From Octopus vulgaris (lineage: Eukaryota): a DNA stretch of 64,000 nucleotides. Below are positions 1 to 13,288 of the stretch, piece after piece; within the stretch, counting starts at the first letter, position 1; each line of letters starts with the position of its first letter. The position numbers and the translations under genes are program-made. Location of the stretch: positions 7,750,001-7,814,000 of the forward strand of contig OX597833.1 in NCBI GenBank assembly GCA_951406725.2, in the 5' to 3' direction. The notes beneath the pieces were generated by a model. The model was not told the origin of the DNA. It did not search any database and worked only from the letters and a program-made list of their open reading frames with translations.

Positions 1-499
1 GCTTTTATTACATCTTGTATAAAATACCAGACGCCAATGAAATGAAACAGACGCAAAAATCATAACAAGGGGACACAAGAGGAGAAAACCCCTTCAACAA
101 CTCCCTCCTCTCGTGACACACACTCTGCATGTAGTTTGTACAGGAAGTGGAATTAAGGGGTAAAAAATGGTGCCGTTCTTCCGCATGACAGGTTCCACCA
201 TAAAACGATGTGTTAACATCTGGGGCTAAGTGTGCACCCCACCCACGACCACCACCACTTAGGGAGTTATCAACAGCAAATTGTAAGGGGAGTATCAATA
301 ACTAGTGGAGTGTAGTCAGGGGCGGAGCTGCGGAGATATCACTGTAGGGGGTTATCAGTGACCCCTTCTTGACGCACAGACACACATATGCTAACGTGGG
401 AGGGTATAGTTATCACTGACAACACTAAGGAGTTAATGATGACAACGATATTAATGGGTGATCATTCTTCCGCGAACAAATTAGACTGGGTGTATACGG

Positions 500-821
500 G
501 TGGATGGATGGATGGATGGATGGATGGATGGATGGATGGATGGGTGGGTGGGTGGGTGGGTGGGTGGGTGGATGGATGGATGGATGGGTGGGTGGATGGA
601 TGGGTGGATGGATGGGTGGATAGATTTAGATAGATGGATGGATGGATGGATGGGTGGATGAGTGGATGGATGGACGGAGGGATGGATGGATGGATGGGTG
701 ATGGATGGATGGATGGATGGATGGATGGATGGATGGATGGATGATGGATGGATGGATGGGTGAATGGATGGATGGATGGACGGACGGACGGAGGGATGGA
801 TGGATGGATGGATGGATGGGT

Positions 822-854
<33 letters not shown>

Positions 855-925
855 ATGGATGGATGGATGGGTGAATGGATGGGTGGGTGGACGGACGGAC
901 GGAGGGATGGATGGATGGATGGATG
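500..925. repeat. (GGAT)n/(GGGT)n microsatellite
   Basis: Direct tandem tetranucleotide array; explains the MDGW/HPSI ORFs. Confidence 0.95.
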
Positions 926-1025
926 TGCGACTATTGTATCAATCAACCGATCTAATAATCAATCAATGATTTTCTATTTATATATCCCTCATATACATAC
1001 ATACTTACACACACATATATACACA

Positions 1026-1100
<75 letters not shown>

Positions 1101-1126
1101 CAATATTATTATTTGTGAGATTCATA

Positions 1127-1230
1127 AAGCGGCGAGCTGGCAGAATCGTTAGTACGCCGGGCGAAATGCGTAGCCGTATTTCGTCTGCCGCTACGTTCCG
1201 AGTTCAAATTCCGCCGAGGTCGACATTGCC
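1127..1230 (+). mobile_element. SINE family B, 5' tRNA-like head only (truncated)
   Basis: GGCGAGCTGGCAGAATCGTTAG (A-box-like) ... GTTCAAATTCCGCCGAGGTCGAC (B-box-like); same head as 6776-7008 and 35708-35939. Confidence 0.8.
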
Positions 1231-1608
1231 TGAGGCGACGCTTCTGCATCGAGAGACGCACCACAACCAGTTGTACCGTATCCCACCAGCGAGGGATCGA
1301 TACAGGATGGGTCAAAATGATCGTTGTCAGCACGGAAGTTTCTCCTATATTCCGTACGGGACAAAATAGCAAAAGGAGTCTAACTCTTCCTCAGTTGTCG
1401 CCTGTTAATTACTTCCCGTTTCATGCTTTTGACTTTAAAAGCACGAAACAAGTAGTAATAAAGAGTCGACAACCGAGGAGGAGTAGTAGACTTCTTTTGC
1501 TATTTTGTCTCTCATTGTGTTTACGGAGTTTTCGCTCGTCGGTGATGTTTTGTACTTATTGTGCATTTTTTCATTTTTATTTAATAATTGAACGCCACGC
1601 AGCCTACA
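1231..1608 (+). mobile_element. Candidate solo LTR-like insertion
   Basis: Starts TGAGGC, ends GCCTACA (TG..CA with short inverted termini), internal AATAAA, abruptly interrupts a SINE; no TSD seen. Confidence 0.3.
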
Positions 1609-1609
1609 A

Positions 1610-1688
<79 letters not shown>

Positions 1689-1689
1689 C

Positions 1690-2106
1690 TTTCTTTTATT
1701 TTCTTTTACTTGTTTCAGTCATTTGACTGCGGCCTTGCTGGAGCACCGCCTTTAGTCGAGCAAATCGATCCCGGGACTTATTCTTTGTAAGCCCAGTACT
1801 TATTCTATCGGTCTCTTTTGCCGAACCGCTAAGTGACGGGGACGTAAACACACCAGCATCGGTTGTCAAGCTATGCTAGGGGGACAAACACGGACACACA
1901 AACATATATACACACATACATACATATATATATACATATATACGACAGGCTTCTTTCAGTTTCCGTCTACCAAATCCACTCACAAGACTTTGGTCGGCCC
2001 GAGGCTATAGCAGAAGGCACTTGCCCAAGATGCCACGCAGTGGGACTGAACCCGGAGCCATGTGGTTGTTTAGCAAGCTACTTACCACACAGCCACTCCT
2101 GCGCCT
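1690..2106 (-). mobile_element. SINE family A (tRNA head, CORE-like segment, internal microsatellite, CR1-like tail)
   Basis: Reverse complement of 12370-12790; head AGGCGCAGGAGTGGCTGTGTGGTAAG, tail GGCGGTGCTCCAGCA...CAGTCAAATGACTGAAAC. Confidence 0.9.
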
Positions 2107-2124
2107 TATATATATATATATATG

Positions 2125-2174
<50 letters not shown>

Positions 2175-2176
<2 letters not shown>

Positions 2177-2372
2177 CAAAATAAGCAACAAGGATATCCA
2201 GAGGTAAAGCAGTACGATCGTTTCATGCGACTCTATTTAATGAAACGATCGTACTGCATTACCTCTGGATATCCTTGTTGCTTATTTTGATTTTAATCAC
2301 CTTATTTTGAAATTGTATGGTTAATACCATACTAAATTCTGGTGCCTCAACTTAAGTACCATATTCATCTGA
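2175..2372. mobile_element. Foldback fragment of a Penelope-derived terminal repeat
   Basis: 52-bp inverted arms (2175-2226 / 2240-2291) containing GAAACGATCGTA; 3' part homologous to 9610-9660 and 14860-14915; flanked by (TA)n. Confidence 0.6.
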
Positions 2373-2403
2373 ATATATATATATATATATATAGATAGAT
2401 ACA

Positions 2404-2439
<36 letters not shown>

Positions 2440-2451
2440 TGTGTATATATA

Positions 2452-2497
<46 letters not shown>

Positions 2498-2791
2498 TAT
2501 ATGTATATATATATATATATATATACATATATGTGTGTGTGTATGTGCATGTATGTACAGAGAAAGAAGGAGAGTGGAATAAGGAAGGGGAGATGGAGAG
2601 AGGGAAGCAGACAGGCTGGCAGACAAACAGACAAACAGACAGTCAGGCCGACAGATACATAGATAGTCAAGCATATGTATGTGTATGTCAGTGTGTGTGT
2701 GCGTGAGTGCATGTTAGTGTGTGCCAGTGTGTGTGCATGTGTGAGAGTGGGTGTCAGTGTTTGCGTGTGTGTGCATTTGTGAGTGTGTGTT

Positions 2792-2824
<33 letters not shown>

Positions 2825-3049
2825 ATGTGTGTGTGTGTCGGTGTGTGTCGGTGTGTAAGAGTATGATCGTCAGTACAATGGTAAATGTATTCTTTGTTAA
2901 ACCTGAAACAAACGAACCTGGTTTGATCGCTGCGTTCTTACAAATGTTTCGTTCCAATTAAGTTCACCTTTGCCCTCTTACCTTTGACCTGTCAGTCAAA
3001 CATTTGTTATACTGTAATATGACACTCCTCCTCCTTCCACTATTCCACC

Positions 3050-4480
3050 ACCCCCACTCCAACTAGTGATTCACTGTCGATGAGGAATATGGATTCCATC
3101 GCTACAAATGATATTGCACTGATATGTCTAACGGGTTTACTTCGTTGTCCTTGCTTAAGATATGTTTCTGTTATAAAGTTTCCCTGGGCTTACAAATCAC
3201 ACGTCTAACTGTTCTATATATGATGTTGTGGTTAACAAACGGCTTGTTCAAGCGATGATATCCTTTGTTAGGCTATTTGTCGAGTATCGGACCCCACGTG
3301 GGTGTCGTCAACACACTCAGTAAACGAACTGTGCACACCTTTATAACTCCGGACTCTGTGGAGAGGATCCTTTAACTCTACTTTAGATTATCAATGAGCT
3401 CTATACAAATAGATCCAACGACAGCCTAAAAATAAGCAACTCTTTGACCCTTTACCTGTCCGAATTGCTTTCATAAATTTGTCCTAAACGTCCCAACTTG
3501 TTTTCCAACATTTCGTTAGCCCTTCTTTCATATATTCTGAGTAATAGAAAGCTTTCTTTTTCCCGAGTTACTCTGATGGTTTAAAAAAGAAAAACTGGGA
3601 ATGAATATCATGTATGGATGCGTGGATTCCAGGGAAATATATTCTGCGTGTCACATGTGATTCACAGGACAAGCAAAAGGTTGAATTAGATAAATCCAAG
3701 CGAAAACATTATCTCTATCCGAAGCCAAGCGAGTGAACCTTTTACATAGTAATTCCAATCACCTCTTGGGATAATCAAGAATCTCGTAGAAGAGTTTGTA
3801 ATCTATTCTTGGACGCCATCTGTTTGAATGTTGCACTAACAATGAGTGGCTTTAACGAGAAACTAAGTATACCAGGAATAATCCAACGCAGTAGCTGAAC
3901 TAGAATGAGAAAACTAGTTTGGTTCAACCCTCCATTTAACATATAACTAAAACATTTATGCCTGTTTTCAGATCTCATGTCCCGTAAATGCAACAAACTC
4001 TTCCGGATCAATTACAGAAATCGAGCTGTTGTTGTCCGGACAGTGGCTTCAGCATCTTACACTGCAGAGTAAGAAAAGCATCCACCGATTCTCCCACCCC
4101 AACATTCAGGTTGGAAATTCAGAAACCCTTCAAATTTACCACTAAAAGCACCGTTCCCTCTAAAACAGTCATATATAAGAGTAACACCTGCATATGTTAA
4201 CGAGATGGCTTGTAGTGGACTCGCTAAAAACACCTTTATGATACGCAGTAACAACTACATACATTTATTGTTGAAGTCGTGGGACAGAAAGAACTTCACT
4301 GCTTTGTCGTAATTAAGGGCTAGAGGATTCGACCATGTTTCCGTAACCCAGCGATCGTAACTAGAACAGCCCCATAGACTGACAGGGTTAAGAAATGCAG
4401 AATGTGCATAATTTAGAGATTATAAATTCTGAAACAGCCATGAAATGTTTAGTGATATGAACTGGCAAACAATTCCTTTG
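3050..4480 (+). pseudogene. Decayed Penelope-like element (RT thumb + GIY-YIG endonuclease remnants)
   Basis: Manual translation: YLYPKPSE..LLHSNSNH (~3710-3765), LVWFNPPFN (3914-3940), KTVIYKS, SGLAKNTFMIRSNNY, KNFTALS, KKCRMCI; many stops and frameshifts; 5' boundary uncertain. Confidence 0.7.
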
Positions 4481-5160
4481 GAGAACTCTCTTCGAAAAAA
4501 TCCAAAGAATTTATAAAATGTCCAGACTTCTCCGAATCAAAAGTTCTAAAACTAAGTATGGGTGTCTCTTGTCACGAGCCAGACAATTAAGTTGAAGAGC
4601 AGGAGAAACTCGCCAGTAATTCTTTTCCCAGTCGCACCAAGCCGTATTCTCCACAGAACATTGCTTCCTGATGTCAAAGAGTCAAGGAGAAACCAAACAA
4701 CCGCTGCCTCACATTCTTTACGATGCTGTCTAAAATACGGCAAATAGTGAAAACCTCCGACTAATAACCGAGTATCTGATCAGCGATTTTATTTTACACA
4801 CGCACACACACACACATCCATATGCGAGCGTGTGTGTGTGTGTATACATACATATGTACATAACAAACACACATATATATAAGTATATATCTACATATAT
4901 ATATGTGTGTATGTATGTATGTATGTATGTATGTATGTATGTATGTATGTATGTATGTATGTATGTATGTATGTATGTATGTATGTATGTGTATGTATGT
5001 ATGTATGTAGTATCTACGTGAGTGCGTGATTCATTTTACCAAAACATATAAAGCAAAAAAAAAACTGCTGCAACTGAGAGGTGTCAACTGTCCCTTCATT
5101 AATGAAATACCAAATTACTGTTGGTTTTACATGGGCCGCGTCTCAGCTATTTATTTACCC

Positions 5161-5234
<74 letters not shown>

Positions 5235-5254
5235 CATTATTATTATTGTTGTTA

Positions 5255-5289
<35 letters not shown>

Positions 5290-5299
5290 GTTATTGTTA

Positions 5300-5345
<46 letters not shown>

Positions 5346-5477
5346 CATCATTATTATTATTATTATTATTGTTATTATTGTTATTATTATTATTTTTATT
5401 ACCATAGTTATTATTTTTTATTGTTGCCATTGTTATTACTGTTTTCATTATCGTTATCATTGTTTTATTACTATTGC

Positions 5478-5559
<82 letters not shown>

Positions 5560-5630
5560 GTTATTATTATTATTATTCTCATTATTTATTGTTGTTGTTG
5601 TTATTGTTGCTGTTGTTGTTGTTGTTGTGT
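5161..5630. repeat. (ATT)n/(GTT)n microsatellite
   Basis: Direct trinucleotide array; source of poly-I/L/Y/N ORFs. Confidence 0.95.
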
Positions 5631-5899
5631 CTGCTGAGTTTTAAACTCCCTTATTATTATTCCAAGTCAGAAATCCCCTTAACAAAACATGGTCGACCCT
5701 TCACGATGTCTCTCTTCGAATTCTTTCTCTCTTGTTTTTTCTTTTTCTTTTTCTTTTTCTTCTTCTTCTTCTTCTTGTCGTCTCTTCTTTCATTTCACTC
5801 GTCTCTTATCAAGTTTTCTCATCTTGTTTTGTCTTCTTCTGACTTCAGGGAGGTGGGGTGAGGGTGGAGGGCACTAAAGTGATAGAATAGATATATTGA

Positions 5900-5959
5900 C
5901 GATGATGGTGATGATGATGATGATGTGAGGAGGGAAGGAAGAGCACGAGCAGTAGGAGC

Positions 5960-5993
<34 letters not shown>

Positions 5994-6310
5994 GTGATGA
6001 TGAGTGATGAGTGATGATGAATGGTGATGAGTGATGATGAGTGATGATGAATGATGATGAGTGATGATGAATGATGATAAGTGGTGATGAATGATGATGA
6101 ATGATGAGTGGTGATGAGTGATGAGTGGTGGTGGTGGTGGTGGTGGTTGTGGTGTTGTCAGTAGTATTAATGTTGACCGTGACGGTTCTGATTTTCAGCA
6201 TCACCATCACAATCATCATCAGCATCACCATCACAGTCATCATCATCATCACCATCACAATCATCATCATCATCACCATCACAATTATCATCATCATCAC
6301 CATCACCATA
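5900..6310. repeat. (GAT)n, (GGT)n then (CAT/CAC)n microsatellites
   Basis: Mutually complementary trinucleotide arrays separated by a short spacer. Confidence 0.9.
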
Positions 6311-6609
6311 GCAACGACGATAACGCTCATAGTAATAGCTGCTGTGACTCTGACGAAGAAACACTTGCAGAATATAAGATGGTATTTGTCTGTAAGTCAC
6401 CGATTCATGTTTCCATTGCAATTTCTTTCAGTCTTTTAGGCAGCGTCTTGGGTGCGGTGCTAAGTGGACCCATTACCCCAGGAATGATGTCCCCCACAGT
6501 CTCCTCATCCCCTTGGTTAGATCCTAATATTTCTCAATTTTTAAAATTTCTTTGGTATCGCGTCTACGAACATAGGGAACTGCAGAATCTGGGATCAAAC
6601 ACTTTATCC

Positions 6610-7008
6610 TTTTCAACACTAGGCACAAAGCCCGTAATTTTTGGCGAGGAGGTGGGCAATCGATTATATCGACCCCAGTAAGCAACGGGTACTTAATTTA
6701 TCGACCCCGAAATGATGAAAGGGAAAGTCGACCTCGATGGAATTTGAACTCAGGATGTAAAGACAGACGAAATACCTAATTCTTTATTACCCACAAGGGG
6801 CTAAATATAGAGGGGACAAACAAGGACAGACTAAGGGATTAAGGCGATTACATCGACCCCCTGCATAACTGGTACTTAATTTATCGACCCCGAAAGGATG
6901 AAAGGCAAAGTCGACCCCGGCGGAATTTGAACTCAGAACGTAACGGCAGACGAAATACCGCTAAGTATTTCGCCCGGCGTGCTAACGTTTCTGCCAACTC
7001 GCCGCCTT
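6610..7008 (-). mobile_element. Two tandem SINE family B copies (partial 6610-6775, full 6776-7008)
   Basis: Repeated GGTACTTAATTTATCGACCCCGAAA.GATGAAAGG.AAAGTCGACC..G..GGAATTTGAACTCAG; tRNA-like head ends at ~7008. Confidence 0.88.
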
Positions 7009-7263
7009 TCGAACACCGTTTATTGTGTCCTCTATAATCCTGTCCGGTCTTCAATAGTATGGTCAGTCTTTATCACTGACCTATGAAAGTCCTGCAGCTA
7101 TTCGAATACACACTTCTGGTTCACATTCATTGTCATTATTATCATGTGTTTGTGTGTGTGTGCATATACATATATGTACGTGTGTACGTGTGTGTGTATG
7201 TGTGTATGTCTGTATGTGTGTGTATGTGCGCATATGTGTGTGTGTATGTATGTATGCATATGC

Positions 7264-7328
<65 letters not shown>

Positions 7329-7769
7329 TGTGTGTGTAATGTGAACTGGTTGAGTAACCGTCAGACAAAAGTTGAAAACGCAGCCATAACGAATTTTACA
7401 GTAAAATCGACTTTAACTTTAGTATCGATTATTCCTGCAGTTATTTTTAATATTCGGTGGGTGAAGAAAGCGAGACGTCGGTGTGAGGTGGAAGGATTGG
7501 TTAAACGGTTGATGCCAAGTAATCGGCGAATGAAACACAATGTAAGTGAGTTTGAAGGATTTAGATAAATCATTAGGTCTAGATGAACAAAGACCGTTAT
7601 AGTAACGGTACACAGGACAAAGAGGCGACATTGTTTGATCTTGGGTCAATGCTTTTGTAAAGGTTGCTCAACTGAACAGCGCCTATCAACTGAACTGGCG
7701 TTTACAAGAATTGTTGTTGTTGCTACAGATGCTACTGCTGCTGATGTTGTGTTGTTGTGTTGTTGTTGA

Positions 7770-7975
7770 TCTCCAATTTAGTCCTGCCCCATCTGGCCTA
7801 TGACCAAAGATCTTCCAGCCATGACCATACCATCGTTTTTTTTTCATTTTATAGTAGGATTATATTATCCAGATCTTCGTTTTTTTTATTGATATATGGT
7901 GTGTAACTTGAGGGTGGTTTAGCTTCTTTTTCTAGCTATCCGAAAGATCATATAAATATCCTCTGGTTCACCCCA
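7770..7975. mobile_element. Diverged interspersed repeat (family C, SINE-like)
   Basis: Similar to 19565-19730 and 50735-50800 (CCTATGACCAAAG..TTCCAGCCATGACCAT; GCT.CT.TTTCTAG). Confidence 0.4.
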
Positions 7976-7994
7976 AAGAAGGGTCATGTAAATA

Positions 7995-8155
7995 TGTGGT
8001 GGCTTTCTGGTACGTAGCTTGCTTACCAACCATATGGTTCCGGGTTCAGTCCCACTACGTGGCACCATGGGCAAGTGTCTTCTGCTATGGCCTCGGGCCG
8101 ACCAAAGCCTTGTGAGTGGATTTGATAGATGGAAACTAAAAGAAACCCGTCGTGT
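7995..8155 (+). mobile_element. SINE family A, 5' half
   Basis: GCTTGCTTACCAACCATATGGTTCCGGGTTCAGTCCCACTACGTGGCACC..., ends in (TG)n. Confidence 0.85.
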
Positions 8156-8196
<41 letters not shown>

Positions 8197-8563
8197 TCTG
8201 TGTGTGTTTTAGAAATAGTTGCAATACCTAATACCTTTAAAAACATTATACGAATGGTTGATAATTTTGGCACTGGCAGGTGTTAACACGTGAGAAGACA
8301 GATCTCTGTTTCAAGACCCGAAGGGATTTGAACTCAAAAACTAGAAGCATCTATCTATACATGTCTGTCTATGACTATAAATATATATATATATATATTG
8401 TATAAACATGTATCTATATATGTTTATGTATGTCTATATATGTGTCTATCTATTGTAAAAGCATATGGTTTGTCTCAGGAGGGACCGTGCTGAACTGAGG
8501 AAACGGGAAGCCTCGGGCAGACAGAGCTAAGTGTCTTAAAAAGGGAAGACGGCCGGATACGAC

Positions 8564-8620
<57 letters not shown>

Positions 8621-8630
8621 TAATAATAAT

Positions 8631-8945
8631 GTTATAGTAGTTGCCTGGAGAACAGATATGATCGCAAGAATACCAAAGAGTCTATGAGATGAGAGAGATA
8701 TTTGTAGGGGAGAAGAGAATATACAGGCACGATTGAAATTTATCTGGTATTAGCTAGAGAAATGAGAGAATTCGGGGACATTGAATTGGGAGTTATTTCT
8801 GTTGTCATAGTAACATTGGGAACATCACAAAAACAGCTGTTGTTTAGTTTGGAAAATGACTACAGGACATTGGAATTGAAACCCGGATAGCGGTGTTATA
8901 GAAAACTGTGATTTTTCTGTTCTAGAAAAGCTGGAAGAGTGTTGT
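8631..8945 (+). pseudogene. R4/Dong-clade non-LTR 3' fragment (restriction-like endonuclease remnant)
   Basis: Translation WRTDMI..YLVLAREMREF..VISVVIVTLG..QDIGIETRIAVL*KTV..SRKAGRVL matches the RPD..KY..LA.E..PVVIGALG..LQK..RRVL pattern; begins directly after (AAT)n. Confidence 0.6.
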
Positions 8946-8949
8946 TGTT

Positions 8950-9230
8950 TTTTTCATTTATTAGTTTCAGCTTGAGAGTTGCGGCCATGCTGGGGCACCG
9001 CCATTAACTTGAAACCTTCTCTGATGTGTTGTGACATTTGGCGAACGAGGGAGTCTGATGTCGCTGCCTTTCTCTGAGTTTCCTGCCGCGAGGTGGATTC
9101 ATCCGGAACTCTCGACAAGCGGAGATCCATTTCTGTTTTGAAGACACCTACATCCACCCCATGCAGGTTTCTCGGGCTTTTGGGGAGACCATTGAAGCGC
9201 TATGGGCCCTTGAAACCTAAGCTGTTGGGA
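8950..9230 (-). mobile_element. CR1-group LINE 3' fragment, related to the LINE at 54456-60995
   Basis: NSLGFKGP..DVGVFKTEMDLRLSRVPDESTSRQE aligns with DSLGFRGP..DADVFKVGLDLFLSGVPDEPTSRQE (60574-60900); same GGCGGTGCCCCAGCATGGCC tail. Confidence 0.85.
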
Positions 9231-9567
9231 TCTTTGTTTGTTATATGGCGAGTAATTGTGTGAATATATATTGACCGGGTAAGGGTCACGTGATGTTACA
9301 TAGGTCACGTGAGTGTAATTTTACTTTTAGTTTTTACATTTCATCGGGCTTATATAAAATCATATTACCTGTGGATTCATAAGAAATCAAAGCACATCTA
9401 CCTGTAAGACGCCAGAAGTGGCTAGGTGCAAGATAACACTGAGCTGACATTACTCTCAATGAATGTTGATCATGTCCAGGTCGATGATTCATATTTTGTC
9501 TGTTTAAAATTTTACCTGGGTTGTATATTATGCTGTAATATTTTATAACTATATATATATTATATAT

Positions 9568-9610
<43 letters not shown>

Positions 9611-9714
9611 AAATAATTAAGATTCAGTTGAATTAGGTATTTAAGTTGAGGCTCCAAATCAGTCCGGTATTATGTGCAAATAAGCAAATAAGTAAAAAGG
9701 TTGTCCAGGTATCA

Positions 9715-9802
9715 GTCCATTACGGCCGTTTCAAGTGACTCCATTTATTCGATCAATGCAAGCATTACATCAATTTGAAATACACCACTTTCCTCGGACG
9801 CA
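9715..9802 (-). ncRNA. Candidate type I hammerhead ribozyme with long stem II (core CCGAGGA)
   Basis: CCGAGGA-AAGTG-[~48 nt hairpin]-CACTT-GAAAC-GGCC-GTA; stem I weak; inside a Penelope-derived repeat (~9610-9830). Confidence 0.5.
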
Positions 9803-10039
9803 TAAGACCATAGGGGTTTTCAACATACAGGATACTCCATTATAAATTTTTCGCAAATTTTTCATCAGAACCAGAGAATAAAAGAATTACATGTCTGTTG
9901 CTATTATTGTGGTAGAGTGAACTTAGGGAGAAAATACTCCAACTATAATTTGGAGTGGCACAAGAGAATAACAATGGAGGTCAAGAGATGGTAATATAAC
10001 TACATTTATCTTTCTCCTATATACATATATATTTTTTTT

Positions 10040-10395
10040 TTTACTGGTTTCAGTCATTTGACTGTGGCCATGCTGGAGCACCACCTTTTAGTCAAGCAAA
10101 TCGACCCCAGGACCTATTCTTTGTAGCCTAGTACCTATACTATCGGTCTCTTTTGCCGAACCGCTAAGTAACGGGGACGTAAACATACCAGCATCGGTTG
10201 TCAAGCGATGTTGGGGCGGGGGGACAAACACAGGCACACAAACACACACACATATATATACATATATATATATACGACAGGCTTCTTTCAGTTTCCGTCT
10301 ACCAAATCCACTCACAAGGTGTCACGCAGTGGGACTGAACCCGGAACCATGTGGTTGGTAAGCAAGCTACTTACCACACAGCCACTCCTGCGCCT
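10040..10395 (-). mobile_element. SINE family A with internal deletion
   Basis: Matches 1690-2106; segment between CACAAGG and TGTCACGCAG missing. Confidence 0.88.
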
Positions 10396-11048
10396 ATATA
10401 TCATATATATATGTACACACATACACACACGATGCTTGGATAAAGATATATATATGCATATGCGTGTGTGTATGTGTGTAAATATATATATATACACGCG
10501 TGCACACATACAAGCTATGCTGGGATAAAGATGAATCGGCTTAATTAATATCAAAATAACTTGACTAATAAATAAAAATATTTGCAAAACACACCAAAAT
10601 ATATTATTTTAATTTTATTCAATAATTATTAATAACTGAGCCAAAATAAGATAAAATTAAATTTGATTTCCAAATTGCAGCAACTTTCGAAACATTAAGT
10701 AGACACGGAAGTAATCGATAAGAGAAACGGACGGGCGAAACGGTGGCAACAAATATTTCGAAGGTTTGAAATCTTACTCTGTGGGAATAAAATGAATGAA
10801 CGACAGAGTGGCACGCAGTTGTGACGTAATCGAAGTTGCTCATGACGTAACAGCATAATTTACTGCCAATTGGTAAGAGTAATAGTCAAGTGAGCGGTGG
10901 TGGTGACACACGGCGGTGTGGGTGGTGGCTGCGATGAGTGATGAGGCAAAAGATAGGAAAGAGAATGGGGATTATTGTTCAGGTTTTTGCGAGGAAGATT
11001 AACGGAATTTCACCGTTAGAGTGTTAGAGTGAGTGAGTGTGTGTGTAT

Positions 11049-11125
<77 letters not shown>

Positions 11126-11329
11126 GTGTATGTATGTATTTATGTATATATATATATATATATACGTATATATATATGTATATATATACATATACATATA
11201 TATATATATATATGCATATATACATATTTATATGTATATATATATATATTATATATATATATATATATTTATATATATACTTATATAGATATACACATAT
11301 ATACATAAACATACATATATATATGCATA

Positions 11330-11369
<40 letters not shown>

Positions 11370-11372
11370 TAC

Positions 11373-11407
<35 letters not shown>

Positions 11408-11570
11408 TGTATGTATGTATACACATACACACATACACACACAGTTATATCTTTGGTATGTATGTATACAGGTGCGTATAACAGAGCCTGTGCACTTCAC
11501 AGGAAGTGCGTATTCAGCATTCTGATATTTACGCATCGAAGCTGCATTGCTTTTCATGCACTTCATATAA

Positions 11571-11630
<60 letters not shown>

Positions 11631-11649
11631 ATATATCCTTTATCTGTTA

Positions 11650-12098
<449 letters not shown>

Positions 12099-12123
12099 TA
12101 TATTAAAATATGTGTGTGTGAGT

Positions 12124-12194
<71 letters not shown>

Positions 12195-12281
12195 CGTGTG
12201 TGTTTGTGTGCTTGTTTACTCTTTACTATAATGCAGAATTCTTGCGTAATATGTATCTATCTATATATCTATGTATGTATG

Positions 12282-12315
<34 letters not shown>

Positions 12316-12369
12316 TGTATGTATGTATGTATGTATGTATCTATCTATCTATCTATCTCTCTATATATA

Positions 12370-12789
12370 TAGGCGCAGGAGTGGCTGTGTGGTAAGTAGC
12401 TTGCTTACCAACCACATGGTTCTGGGTTCAGTCCCACTGCGTGGCATCTTGGGCAAGTGTCTTCTGCTATAGCCCGGGCCGTCCAATGCCTTGTGAGTGG
12501 ATTTGGTTGACGGAAACTGAAAGAAGCCTGTCGTATATATGTATATATATATATATGTATGTGCGTATATGCGTTTGTGTGTCTGTGTTTGTCCCCCTAG
12601 CATTGCTTGACAACCGATGCTGGTGTGTTTACGTCCCCGTCACTTAGCGGTTCGGCAAAGAGACCGATAGAATAAGTACTGGGCTTACAAAGAATAAGTC
12701 CCGGGGTCGAGTTGCTCGACTGAAGGCGGTGCTCCAGCATGGCCGCAGTCAAATGACTGAAACATGTAAAAGAGTAAAAGAGTAAAAGA

Positions 12790-12790
<1 letters not shown>
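12370..12790 (+). mobile_element. SINE family A, full length
   Basis: A/B-box-like head, CTTGGGCAAGT CORE-like motif, internal (TA)/(TG), hairpin tail and (GTAAAAGA)n end. Confidence 0.92.
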
Positions 12791-12840
<50 letters not shown>

Positions 12841-13255
12841 ACTATGTAAACTTATGTAACCCTCTTATATGTATTTAACTATCTATGTATGTATGAAGGC
12901 AAGAGGATTTTACGTTTGATATTGGAGTTAAAATAGATTGTTTAAATTATAATCAATGTCTGGCAACAACATTTATAGATTTATTTATGTATTCGTCCAG
13001 AGAAACACAACAGAAACACGTAACACCATCAGACATTTATGGGTAGATGTGTAAAAATAAATCTAATATCCGATCACACACACACACACACACTTACTGA
13101 CATCTATATACATGTATGTCTGAGTGTGTACATATGTGAGTGTACGTATGTGCGCGGCACGGTGTATATATATATATATATATACATTCACACAAATAGA
13201 TATTTAGTAACGGGTATTGTATAAAATGTTGCTGGTTATAATCATTAAGATATAC

Positions 13256-13288
<33 letters not shown>

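Noticed and set aside
8-298. 96-aa minus-strand ORF in unique sequence
   Set aside because: Non-ATG start, no recognisable motif or splice sites.
10700-10875. CGGAAGT, two TGACGTAA and CCAAT motifs
   Set aside because: Short motifs without independent promoter evidence.
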